NCBI RefSeq assembly: GCF_028641065.1 | Contig: NC_073393.1 | Coordinates: forward strand, 20,708,001-20,772,000 | DNA length: 64,000 bases | DNA from: Leucoraja erinacea | Taxonomy: Eukaryota | Direction of reading: 5' to 3' | Shown here: positions 23,061 through 35,391 of the stretch, piece by piece | How the letters are laid out: every line of letters begins with the position of its first letter | Numbering within the stretch: position 1 is the first letter of the stretch | The notes under the pieces: generated by a model | What the model was told of the DNA's origin: nothing | The model's database searches: none | The model's input: only the letters and a program-made list of their open reading frames with translations | Program-made: the position numbers and the translations under genes

Positions 23061-25194
23061 ACGATATAGGGTCACCCGGAGGTTCGCTTCCAAGTGACAC
23101 ACCTTGCCTAACGCCTGAAGGACTGCAGCAGTTCATGGAAGTGGATCACCAGCTTCAAGAACAATGGGGTTGGACAACAAATGCTGGTCTTGACTCTGAT
23201 ACAGATTTCTATTAAAAAAAATAAACTGGCAGTTGAAATATATTTTTGCCTAGTCCTACTTGCGATTTCTTCTGCCCAAATTTCCTATCACCACATTAGC
23301 TCCCAGGGTGACATTAAATGCTGATGATCAGTCAAATGCCATTAACAATGATCATTCTAGAAACTTCATTCAACTGTAGGGCGCCGTTCAGGCTAATCGC
23401 GGCAGGACCAGCTTTGTGCAAGAACAATCCAGTTATACCTGTCCCCTGCAGTTTTACTGTCTCCTTCATGTACTCTGCGAATTTTAACTTAAAAGTTAGA
23501 ATAAAGTCTGCTCCATGCTTCCTAGAACATAACCACTCACCGGAAAAAATGTATTCGTATCCTAGAGTTTGTTTGCCATCCACCTCAAATCAGAGTCCTC
23601 TGGTTCCTCATCCTTGCAGGAGTGGGGACAATGTCTTAGAACATAGAATAGTACAGCATAGAAACAGGCTCTTTAACCCAACTTTGCCTGTGCCAACTTT
23701 GTTAGTCCCTTTTAAACACCGGTATCAAATGACTTAATCCTACTCCATTCTGAGAGAAACAATCCTCAAAAATCTGGTCTGCCCATACAGTTGAAGACTG
23801 GCACTAATCCAACAAATCTTTTCTGAACTCTTTCACTGGTCTTCAAATCATTCTCAAGCTCATGCCTGGTGATTCACCAAACTTTACTCCTAGTGCTTCC
23901 AGGATCTTAATAATGTGCTCAGAAATCTCCACAATCCCAAATTAATTCACGTACTTATCACTTGGATATAAATTATTTCCACATGAAGCCAGTTCCGATC
24001 ATTTGACCTGCAGAAAAAAATGTTATGGGGAAAAAAGGTTGGTACACTGTACTGAAAAACCTGTTTCCATGTAACCTCTCTGCTGTAATCAGATCCTATA
24101 CTCTTAAGAAATTAGTGCGTCAGTTTCACTGAGGGAGACCATTAAAATTGACGTGATCACTTTTATTGACACCTGTGCAATGGTCGTCTCACAAAACGTA
24201 CAACCTAAAGTATTTTTTACCTTGTATTAACAATAGTAAACATAATTCTCCAGCTCTTATCTTCCTTTTCCCCATTAACACAACTGTTTTTACAAATATG
24301 ATTTTCTATAACGAGAGATTTCTTCGGAGAGCAACAATTGCATTATAGTAGAACTACCTATACGGTCCAGAACCCTTGAAGTTATTAGAATATAAACTAA
24401 TTGTTTTACTGACTAGCAAAGCATAAACCAATAGCTACTGGAATTAATGTCAACACAATTGATTTTTTATGTTTTTGAAAGTTTGTTCATAAAGGAACAA
24501 TGTCCACATCAGTGCATATTGATAGATTTGATAACAATGCGACTAAAGCTGATTTAATGTGATTAGTCCTTTGCTCTCCAGACATGAAACTGTTGATGAA
24601 TTTCAATCAGAAATATCAATCGTCTATTTCCCTCCACAGATGCTGCCTGTCCCGCTAAGTTCATCAAGTAGATTGAGTGTCAAGAGTGATTAATTGTCAT
24701 AAGCATCAATAACAGAACAGATCTTACTTGCTGCAGCTTTTCAGGCAAATTATGCAACAATAAACATATAAATTAACATAAACAATAATGCATTAAAGTA
24801 TCGGTTCTATTAGGTAACTAGTGCAAAGGAAAGTACATAGTGCATTAAATATCACATCAGTTTATTGCTGAGGTGGGATTGTGCGGTTCAAGTCCCTGAT
24901 GGTTGCTGGGAAGAAGCTGCTCTTGAACCTGGAGGTCACAGTTCTCAAGCTCTCCGATAGTAGCTGTGAGATAGGAGAATGGCCAAGGCGGTGTGGATCA
25001 TTGATGATATTAGCTACCTATTGTGAGGAAGTCAGTACCTATGATGGACACATGAATAGAAAAGGTTTAGAGGGATATGGGCCAAACATGAGCAGATAGG
25101 ACTAGTGTAGATGGGGCATCTAGGTGGGCTGAAGGACTTGTTTCTGTGCTGCATCCACTTAAGCCCAACTGCCCTCATCTACTTCAACAATTAC

Positions 25195-25620
25195 CTTCCG
25201 TGTTCCACAAGGTCAGAAATGGAGCAGTTTGTTGACGTTTGAAGTTTGAAGTTTGTCCAAAGACAGTTACTCGGCAAATGAAGAGAAGACAGCGAATTGT
25301 TCTGAGCCAGTGAATACCAGGTGTGGCAGTGAGCGCCGCCCACTCCTCACTGCCGCGCCGGCGAGACACCACCCGAGTCCTTGACGCCACCGCGCGGACA
25401 CATGAGAAGCCGTCCTTAGTGTTTCCCGCCTATCCGCGAGCCGAGCCGTCATGGCCGCCGGTGCTCCCACGTTGTGGAGATTGTACCCGCCCGTGGGGAC
25501 TTGTTCACACCCTCTTCCCCAGCGGAGCCGGAGACTGAGGTCGGGTTAGGAGATAAAACATGCTGGCGAGCCGAAGTTGTGAGGAGAAGGGGGGACGTGG
25601 ATGAGAGGACAAGGCTTTGT
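25195..25620 (-). promoter_or_regulatory. CpG-rich putative promoter / non-coding exon 1 of UGT copy B
   Basis: Local CpG enrichment, duplicated at 35392-35825; minus-strand donor AAG|GTAATT at 25195/25194. Confidence 0.5.
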
Positions 25621-25754
25621 CAGGGTCAAAGTGTTTGTTGTGCGGTCAGTCATTATGCTGGAACTACGATGGAGAACGGAGACACAAGAGGCTGCAGATA
25701 CTGAAGGCTTCAGCAAAACATGCAATGCTGGTGGAGCTCAGCGTGTCGGAGCGT

Positions 25755-26590
25755 GTTGGAGAAGATAAATGTGTGGATGATCTTTTCGAGGTCATCAAAC
25801 TGGAGGAATTGTTTTATTTTAGCTATCGTCCGAAGCTGGAAGAAGCTGGCTTTTACCACGGCATTGACTTGTTTGTCAAATTTCAATGCTGAGTCAAATA
25901 TCACGCCAAGGTTTTTGACGTGAGATTTGAGTAATGGGGAAAGGCTTCCAAGGCTGCCTGCTATCATTTTGATTGAGTCCGAGGGGCCGAGAAGGATGAC
26001 CTCAGACTTACTCTCGTTTAGTTGGAGGAAGTTCTGGGCCATCCAACACTTTATATCCTGGAGGCAATGGATAAGGTTAAGTAGATTTGATCGTTTTTGG
26101 GCTTCAGGGGGAGATAGTTGTGTATCGTCTGCATAGCAATGGAAGGAAATGCGTGCCTTTGAATGACTTGGCCTAATTGGAGCTTATACAAGGAGAAAAG
26201 AATGGGGCCAAGGATGGAACCCCGCAGCAGAGGCTAACTAGGGAGGAGAAAGAGTTGCCTACGTTAGTAGAGAAACTCTTACCTTTGAGGTAGGAGATGA
26301 ATCAGTTCAGGGCAGTGCCATCAATACCAACCCCGTACCAGAGTCGGTCAATTAGGATGGTGTGGTCGCTGAGGTCGAGAAGGAGCAGGAGTCCACAGTC
26401 TCTGGAGTCAACGGTGAGCAGTAGGTCATGTACCTTCAACAAGGCAGACTCTGTGCTGTGGTGGGCCCTGAAACCTGATTGGAAAGTTTCCAAGATTGCA
26501 TTTTGGTGAAGTTAAGGCATAAGTAAACTTAAAATTACCTTTTCAAGGGCTTTTGAAAGGAAAGGTAGTTTTGAAATAGGTCTGTAGTTG
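25755..26590 (-). mobile_element. L2-clade LINE RT fragment
   Basis: FQSGFRAHHSTESALLKV, LLLLDLS, YADDTQL, WMAQNFLQLNESKSEV, VKNLGVIFDS.L.F.KQV. Confidence 0.85.
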
Positions 26591-28145
26591 ATGTCTGATA
26601 TGAATTAACTCAACCACTGAGCCTCCACAGCCATCCAGAATACAAAATTTCCTTTCGCTGAAGAAATCTCTCCTTGCATTCAGCTTTATTTTCAGTTTCT
26701 GACCTCTGGCTTTAGACTCGACCAGTTAATATCATGTTAGTGAGATCACTTCTCGGTACCCTGAAGGTGGTGACAGAGATAAATAAGGTGGTAAAAGTAT
26801 TTAGCACAATTGCCCTCATTGGTCAGGGTATTGACTTCTGAAATTTTCAGTCATCCAAACTACAGCAATAAAACACCAGCCGAAATATCAACGGCTTCTT
26901 TGCCTTGTACGATTGAGTAAAGTGACAATGATGACAATTTTTATATTTAACGTGACCAACCATTAAAGCTCATACATTAATGCTGCAGAGGGAGCTAGCG
27001 GATTGATTATTATATGTTATAGATATGTTTTAAAACAGTGTACATCATTAAAGACCTGTGAAACAGTGGTGGCTCTGAGCATCTCTAGGCAGTCAGCTCT
27101 ATGACTCAATGTTCATGTGCTAATTTGTATAGATGACATGGTCTAGAATGCGACGAGGTGTATGGAGGGAGGGTATTGCGCTGGGTCCGGATGCAGTCAG
27201 ACTGGAAATGGCCGTGTGATAATGAAATATGACTGATTTCAGAGCTATACATTCCAGTCAAACAGCATGGAAACAGGCCCTTCGGCCCAACATGTCCTTG
27301 CTAACCAATAAGCGTTCATATGGATCTCACCAGGATGTTGCTTGACATGAAGGGCTTGAATAATGGGGCAGGAACCGATCGGCTGGGCTTGTTTCCCCTA
27401 ACGTAAGAGGCTGAGGGATGATCTGATATATGAACGTATGCAAAGCACAGATAGGGTAGACAACCAGAGTGTACTTCCCACGGTACGAGTGTCTAAAATG
27501 AGAAGGAACATGTTTAAGGTGAGAGGAAAGAGGTTTAAAGGGGATATCTGGGCACATTTTTCACACATCATATTCCGACTGCCAATCTCTCACCTCTCAA
27601 GCTATTTTTATCCTTCTGCGGACGTTATGTATTTCCCACAACTTGCTAATCCACCTCTTTTTGTATTAGGTGAGACAGAATGAAGCTCACTCTGCACTTT
27701 CCCATCAATTATTCCAAAGGCACAGGTTACACACAGATTAAAGCGCACTCAATACTGTCTATCAACCCATTCACAGGGTATGGGGTAATAATTTAAAAAA
27801 TATCAAGTCTGGGATTTTGTATTTGCTGATTAATGAACAAGCACACATCTTTAATAGCCAATGACCTCTGAAATGTATGAATCATGCAATCATTTACAAG
27901 AGAAAAGCCTTTCCTCTGGTGGGTTGTGAGCTTGGTCCAGGAGAGGGAGCCATTGCATCAAATAACAGTCCCAGTGTTTTTGGTTGAGTCGCTGGTCAGT
28001 TGCCACTTCATATCTGCACTGCCACTGCCCCTTTAACTTCAGAGGATTCAATTAGAAATGATTACATCCAATTGCGATTATGTCTTGCTAGACTTCAATA
28101 ACCTTTGATTAATCAACAAACTGGTTTTGATGACATACCTTCTCA

Positions 28146-29340
28146 TTAGATTTATGTTTATTATTGTGAACTACAAAGTACAGTAACAAGCTTTGGTTTG
28201 CATGCTATCGTATCAAATCAGGTAATACTATGCATGAGTATAATCAAGCCAAACGCAAATACAAAACGTGAAGCTGTATCAGACGGTGTACTCAATCCAG
28301 AAAATAGTCCTATTGGGGACTGGCTGATTCTTATGGAGAAGAGGGTTTCTGCATGTTTTCTTAATATGTATGATGTTGTTAAGTGCAGAATATCGTTTCT
28401 CAGCATTGTGGTGTAATAGTTTCAGAGAAAAAGTCCAATGTCTGCAACGTGGTAGTTTGGAATATCGGGACTACACCCTATATTGTGGAAGAACCCTTTC
28501 AGAAGTCTGATAACATTGGGGAATAGCTTTTTCTGAGTCTGAGAGAGCTAGATAGGGCTCTTAAAGATAGCGGAGTTAGGGGATATGGGGAGAAGGCAGG
28601 AATGGGGTACTGATTGGGGATGATCAGCCATTATCACATTGAATGGCGGTGCTGGCTCGAAGGGCCGACTCCTGCACATACTGTCTATTGGTTGTGTGTA
28701 TTTTCAAGCTTCTGTACGTCTGCTGGACAGGAACAGGGAGAAGGAGGAATGACTGAGCTTGGACACGTCTTTGATTTGGTTAGCTACATTCCTGAATCAG
28801 TGTGAGGTGTAGATGTAGTCAATGGTGAGGAGTCTGGTCTTTGTTGGACTGCGCTACCTCCACACGTCAGTAATTTCTTGCGGTCTAGGGCAGAGCTGTT
28901 CCCAAGCCAACATGAAGCAACTTAACAGTATGCCCTCTACAGTGCATCTGTAGATGTTTGTAAGTCTTTGGAGACATGTATTTCCTGAGGAAGACGAGGT
29001 GCTGGTGTGTTTTTTTGTGCGTAGCTTCAATGTGTTTGGCTCAGGATAGATCGTTGGTATTATTTGTCCAAGGATCTGGAAACTCTACCCATTTCCACTT
29101 TGTTGTTGATTGGGCCATGGATCCCACCATGCTTCTTGAAATCTAATGCTAGTTCCTTCCTTTTGCTGACATTGAGTGAAGAGGATGCAGTCTGACAGCA
29201 TGTCACTAAGCTCTCTATCTCCTTCCTGTGCCAACATTGTTCCAGATCTGACCCACCACAGTGGTGGCATCAGTAAACTTGTATTTGGAGTTGGTGCAAA
29301 TTTAACCACACAATCATGAATGTATAGGGAGAATAGCATG
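28146..29340 (-). mobile_element. Decayed Rex1/Babar-like LINE 3' portion with nested fragments
   Basis: LFSLYIHDCV.KF...(FADDTT.VG) remnants at 29085-29339 and a 3' tail similar to other copies in the window; a CR1 piece is nested at ~28540-28690. Confidence 0.6.
28286..28386 (-). pseudogene. About 100-bp degenerate UGT coding fragment
   Basis: gtgtactcaatccagaaaat...attgggg...tggctgat...tggagaagag...tttctgcatgttttct...ttaagtgc aligns, with small deletions, to UGT positions 30485-30603. Confidence 0.7.
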
Positions 29341-30303
29341 ACTGAGACACAGATCCTTAAGGGACTTTACAACAAATGGGATGGAGTCATTGGTTAAAAT
29401 ATACATTTACTGTTAAAGAGGATGCTGGCGACGTTACATCTATTGGGAAATGTGGTTGAGAGTGTTTTCAATATCAGTGGGAAAGCACTTTGCAACGGGT
29501 GACCAGAATTCTAAAGTTCTAAGTTGGTGGTATTTGCATCTGCCTCTGTGCATGGCCTTCTAATTGGCAGCAGTGTGGAAGATGTTGTTGACGAACCTTG
29601 GCGATGTAATTCAGTGTTCATGCAGATGGTATATACCAAAATCTCAATTCACGAGTGGTGAAGGGAATGTGTGTTTAAGATGGTGGTTGAGTTGATGGTC
29701 AAGCAGACTGTTTTGCATTGGATCAAGTGGAATCCAGCTCCTGACTTGTTCTTCTCAGATGATGGGAAGTTTTTGAAGCTGAAGGCAAGTCCGTTCATGC
29801 AGGACACATGGGCTCCAAATGCCTGTGTAGTCCCACTGTTTATGCAGCTGGTCTGGTTAGGTTTTTGTCAATCCAATGTGGTCACTTTAGAATTGTAATA
29901 TCCGTGTGGCATGTCATTCTCTTACTCATTCCCCTTCCTTTGTGTTATTTCTGCATGGACAGGAAGTGCTGATGGGCTAAAAATGGTGCCACATTGGGTA
30001 AATGTGATGTTTATGCCAGTATCTACAACTTTTGTGTGGAATGGATCCATCAGGTGGTGCACTTGTGATCTATAGAGCACTAGAGAGTCAGAGCGAAAGA
30101 CCGTGCGTGCTACTTGGCTATGAAAGAATTCAATATTTATTTGAAGATAAAGAAGATGACTTCATAGAAAGCCAGGTGTTGCAGCTGTAAGACAAGTCAA
30201 ATGGGATCCAAATGTTTAATCTTTAATGTGTTCAGATCTTTCATTAATACAAGAAGCTTACTGTTACACTTCCTCAGCACCCATTCCCACAGATTGACCA
30301 GTC

Positions 30304-31914
30304 TTACTGAACTTTTTCTTTTCTCTTCAGTAGAACAAACAGTTTCTTCATTGTGAAAACTATGAGTAATACAATAATCAGTGTTATTGTTCCTAGGAAA
30401 ATTATTACATCCACAGAGTAATAAACGTACCATGGAAGTTTGTAAGATTCAGAGCGTAATTGTGCTGCACCTTTGTGTCGGGCAGTGTACTCAATCCAGA
30501 AAATGGCTCTTTCCATTGGGGTCTCTGGCTGATCCCTGTGGAGAAGAGAGAGTTTCTGCATGTTTTCTCGATAAGTGGAGTTATTTATGACTTCATTAAG
30601 TGCCCACACTAGATCTGATGACTGCAGAGATGCAACATTGACCACCTTTGCTGCTCCTCTGGTTTCAAGTCTGACCATATTATCAAACTGGTCATAAAAC
30701 AATGGTAGGCCAACCACCGGCACCCCATGATAGATCGCTTCATACAGTCCATTGGTGCCACCATGAGAAATGAAGGCTCGTGTCTTGACATGGCCTAGTA
30801 GGTCATTCTGAGGAATCCATTTTGCTATGAGTGTGTTATTTCCAATGTTGGGAGGAATGTCTCCATTGTGTTTCCAAATTACTTTTTGGGGTATTTGAGC
30901 AAGGGCTTTAGCGATTTTCATGGTACGATCCAATGATAATGTGTCTATAAGAGTACCCAGTGACATCACAACAATACCATGCTCCCCAGAGCTGTCAACA
31001 AACGTTTGTAGCTCTTCATCCAGCGGTTTAGGTGGTTGACATTGGAAACCTCCGATGTACACAAAGTTTGGCATCGTAGGTCTCGGAAACTCAAATACAA
31101 AGTCTATTCTAATTAACCACACATCTGCCCTTTGGAGAACCATCTTGATGTCAATGTCTCTGCCAAGGTATTTCTGGCACAAATCGTCGTGCAAAGGATT
31201 AATCACAAACTTGGAAATACCAAACTGAAGGATATGTTGCAGGACATTATGAATTCGTTGATGAAAACTCATTTTGTCTGTTAATTGTGATATTAAGGCT
31301 GGGACATAGGAGGGTGGAGATGGGGCTGCAAATAAATGAGGTTCTTCTGCAGTCATCCATCGAATATTGTACACCAATGGGATGTTGAAATAATAAGCAA
31401 GCATTGGGCCTGCATAAGCAACCGGATCTGCAAGTATCAAGTCAAAGTTTTCATCTGCAATTTGCTTCAACAATGCCTTATTCTCAAAAATTGAGATGGT
31501 GAAATTCCTCAACCAAAGATGGCCCTCATGCAAGAACATCGTTAGCTGAAACTGAAGCTGGAGATAAGTCCACAGTGGGATGTTGGTATTGGAGATGGCC
31601 AATGAGTTTTCTATCAAAGTTTGTATACCATCAGCATCTTCAATCACTCCTTTACTTCCATGTAGCTGGACTACCAGGGACTGATACAAATCTGGTTCCT
31701 TCTTAATATACCAGGATGTTGATGAATGAAGTACAGTAATATTGTGTTCGTGGCGTCTCAGTTCTTTCACTAGAACCCTCATGTTGACCCAATGGCTCCC
31801 ATCAAATGGGACGACCAGTATGTTAGCCCCATAAGTAACTGAACACGAAAGAGTTATGAAGATACCAAGAGCACACGTGACAAAAACGCTGGTGTTCCAT
31901 TGAGAAAATCCCAT
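30304..31914 (-). CDS. UDP-glucuronosyltransferase with single-exon CDS (UGT5-like), copy C, 536 aa
   Basis: Intact ORF with signal peptide, FDGSHW, UGT signature, TM and KEKVQ; acceptor ttccaaacag just upstream of the ATG; AATAAA on the minus strand at 30136-30141. Confidence 0.95.
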   Translation of the reverse strand: MGFSQWNTSVFVTCALGIFITLSCSVTYGANILVVPFDGSHWVNMRVLVKELRRHEHNITVLHSSTSWYIKKEPDLYQSLVVQLHGSKGVIEDADGIQTLIENSLAISNTNIPLWTYLQLQFQLTMFLHEGHLWLRNFTISIFENKALLKQIADENFDLILADPVAYAGPMLAYYFNIPLVYNIRWMTAEEPHLFAAPSPPSYVPALISQLTDKMSFHQRIHNVLQHILQFGISKFVINPLHDDLCQKYLGRDIDIKMVLQRADVWLIRIDFVFEFPRPTMPNFVYIGGFQCQPPKPLDEELQTFVDSSGEHGIVVMSLGTLIDTLSLDRTMKIAKALAQIPQKVIWKHNGDIPPNIGNNTLIAKWIPQNDLLGHVKTRAFISHGGTNGLYEAIYHGVPVVGLPLFYDQFDNMVRLETRGAAKVVNVASLQSSDLVWALNEVINNSTYRENMQKLSLLHRDQPETPMERAIFWIEYTARHKGAAQLRSESYKLPWYVYYSVDVIIFLGTITLIIVLLIVFTMKKLFVLLKRKEKVQ

Positions 31915-33784
31915 TTTGAATCAAATAGATGTACAATACCTGTTTGGAAATATAAAAGTCAAGAAATCAATATAAATTAGCAATTTAAGTAGAAGGACGT
32001 GCAGCAAGTGTATGCAAACACCACCTGGAGGTTCCTCTCCGAGTCACACACCTTACCCAACACGTGAAGGACTGCAACAATTGCGGGTCTCCGGCACTGC
32101 AAGCACTGTAAGGCAGGAATTCTACCGCTGAGCCACCGTGGCTGCCCTATCATAGAGGTGGTTCACCAGATTCAAGGACAATGCGGGATGGACAACAAAT
32201 GCTGGCCTTGTTCCTGATGCAGGCAGCTAATAAACTAATAATTCTAATATATTTCTCCGTAGTTCTACTCGCAATTTCCTCTGCTCAAATTTCATATCAC
32301 CACATTAGCTCCCGGATTGACATTAAATGCCGATGATCAGTCAAATGTCATTAAACAAAGAGAAATTCTAGAGACTTCATACTACAGCAGGATGCCGTTC
32401 GGTTCATTGCAGCTGGGCCAGCTTTGTGTACGAGAAATCCAGTTAGATCTGACCCCTGCAGATTTACTGTCTCTCCTTCATGTACTCTGAGAATTTTTAC
32501 TTAGAAGTTACAATTATGCCTGCTCCTTTTACCCTTTCAGGCTTCCCAGAGTCTAACTGCTCACTGCATGACAACATTTGTATCCTTTATAGTTTTCTAT
32601 TCACCTTAAATCAGTCCTCTAGTTAATGATCCTTGCAGCAGTGGGAACAATGTTTTACTTCAGAACATAGACTAGACTTGACAGAACGTAGAATGGCCTA
32701 ATTTTACTTAGGCCATTATAGAAATGATTTAATGATTTTCTATAAGGAGAGATTTCTTTGGAAAGTAACTATTGCATTATAGCAGAACAGGCTCTTCAGC
32801 CCACAATGCCAGTGCCGACTTTGTTAGTCCCTTTTCTGTATCAAATGACTTAATCCTTCTCCATACAGTTGAAGACCTAGCACTATTCCAACAAATCTTT
32901 TCTGCACTCTTTCAACTGCCTTGAAATCCTTTTCGAACCTGTGCCCAGTGAATCAGCAAACTTTGCTCCTTGTGCTCCCAGGATCATTAACAATCCCAAA
33001 CTGATTCACATTATCGCAGAGATATCAACTATTTCCACATACAGATAGTTCTGTTAGTTTGGAAATTGACCAGGTGAAAAAAGAATTTGGGGCAAAAAAA
33101 TCAGAGTTAGAAGAAAAACCTGTTTCTCTGTAACCTCCCTGCAGTAATCAGACACTAGTCCCTTAAGAGAGTCTCTCAGTTTCACTGCGGGAGGCCATTA
33201 AAATTGACGTGATCACTTCTATTGCCACCTGTTCAATGATAATCTATTAAACAACACAACATACAACCTCAACTATTTTTTTCTTGTAGTAACAAAAGTA
33301 TACATACCTATTTAAAAAGAAAACCTGCAGGAAATGATTTTCTATATATCAAGTTTGAAACCCTCTAGCCTTAACAACCTTTTCTCCATTAACTCACCTG
33401 TTTTTACACTATGATTTTCTATAAGGAGAGATTTCTTTGGAAAGTAACTATTGCATTATAGCAGAACCACCTATACTGCCCAGGACCTAAGAAGCTCTTA
33501 GTTTTGAAGATGTAAATGTTTTGTTCACCAGCAAGGCACAAACCAATAGCTACTAGGCTAATTGCCAACACTATTGACTTTTAATGTTTTTGAAAGTTTG
33601 CTCATATTGGAACAATGTCCACGTCAGTTCTGTAGATTTGATAACTATGCGACTAATGCTGATTTCAGGCGATTAGTCCTCTGCTGAAAGGACATGAAAC
33701 AGATGAAGGATTCCACTCAGAAATATCAACCATCCAGTTCCCTCCACAGATGCTGCCTGACCCGCTGAGTTCCTCTAGTAGATC

Positions 33785-34390
33785 AAGTGTCAAGAGTGAT
33801 TAATTACCAAATGCACCAAGAACACAGATCTTAATTACTGCAGCTTTTCAGGCACATTATCACAATAACAGAACAAATAAATATATAACTCATGGAATAA
33901 ATTATCAGTTAGATTAGTTAACTAGTACAAAGGAAAGTACTTCCAATACCAAGTTCACAGTAGTTTATTGCCGAGTTAGAATTGTGCAGTGCAGTTCAAG
34001 AGCCTGATGGTTGCTGGGAACAAGCTGTTCTTGAATCTGGAGGTCATAGTTCTCAGGCTCCTGTACATTCTTCCTGATAGTAGCGATGAGATATGAGAAT
34101 GACCATGGTAATGTGGATCTTTGATGATATTAGCTGCCAAGGCAGCAACTGCTGTAAATCCCTTCAATGGCAGCGAAGTCTGCACCCAAGATGGACCATG
34201 CAGTGTCAACCGATTTCTGCACCTCCTTTGTTTTGTGTGCCACTTGCCGAACCGGACAGTGATGCAAATATGCCCTACACCATAGACACCTGTAGAAGTT
34301 TGATAGAAAATTTGGCAGACTGCCAAATCTCCAAAAACCTGAGGAAGTTGAAGCATGGATGAGCTTTCTTCATGACTGACAATGTGCCCA
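33785..34390 (-). mobile_element. Rex1-like LINE 3' end
   Basis: AANIIKDP.H.GH...S.L.SGR.YRSLRT.TSRFKNS.FPATIRLLN, the usual Rex1/Babar C-terminus. Confidence 0.75.
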
Positions 34391-35391
34391 GGGCACATCT
34401 TAAGAGATTTGCCAGCAGAGGGGGAAAATGACTTTAATCCAAATTTAATAGGCCAAAATGTGATTTTGGCCCCATACGAACCGGCAGTGTTTTTCCTGCC
34501 GATATGGGTTTCAAATTCACCGCAACCGCAACGTTCCAATCGATCGCGTTCCACAAAAACCCACTCGCAAGATGATTTAAATGCCCATTCATTTATGGGA
34601 ATTAAACATTAAATTCCTTCCATTTGGCCTATAAATTCATGACAATGAGATTTTAAAATCATGTTATATTGTAAATTCTTGTGTGAATGTTATTTGGACA
34701 CTTAGGCTATTTAAAAATGTTTACCTTTTCTTAAGAAATGGATAGATGTTTTGATCTCATAATTGAATTTTGTAATTAGCTACAATTAGGTAACTTGCTA
34801 ATTATATGCTTTAATTTCAGGTCATCTAAGTAACATTGTTTCATATTTGTTTTGGAATGCTTCAATCTATAATAACTGAAAATTTAATTCAGTTCTCTTA
34901 ATTTTTAAGAAAGTTATGGGCTTTTGAATGTCCTTGATCACAGCTTTTGAGTTAAGTCAATGGAAAAGCAATAGGGAACAAGATACTAATTTCAGAGTAT
35001 GAAAATGGACATAACTTTTTTAATACTGAAGATATGAAAGTGAATTAGGTGTCAAATTAATTCTTTATATGCTTTATCTGATGGGATAAATTGTAGACTA
35101 GAACTAGCTGCCTGAGGAAGTAGCTAACTCAGATACAACAATATTTAAGAGATAGGTTACACAGAAAAGCTGGAGAAACTCAGCGGGTGCAGCAAGCTGG
35201 AGAAACTCAGCGGGTGCATTTAAGAGATACTTGGCCAGGTACATGGATAGGAAAGGATTTAGTGGGATATGGGCCAAACGTGGACAGATGGGACTACATT
35301 AGATTGGTCATTTAGGTCACAATTGGCAAGCTGGGCTGAAGGACCTGTTTCTGCGCTGCATGACCTGTGAAGAACCTGTGAAGCATGTTAC

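Larger units (their letters stand above)
17150..27666. repeat. Tandem segmental duplication units carrying the UGT genes
   Basis: Homologous non-coding blocks seen by eye: 17150-17640 with 26930-27370; 18430-18636 with 27450-27666; 13220-14450 with 23235-23910 and 32240-32990; 23930-25740 with 32990-35825 plus 37676-37850. Confidence 0.8.

Noticed and set aside
34400-35100. AT-rich segment present only in the copy C unit, possibly a DNA transposon
   Set aside because: No TIRs, TSD or coding remnant could be identified, so it is left unclassified.
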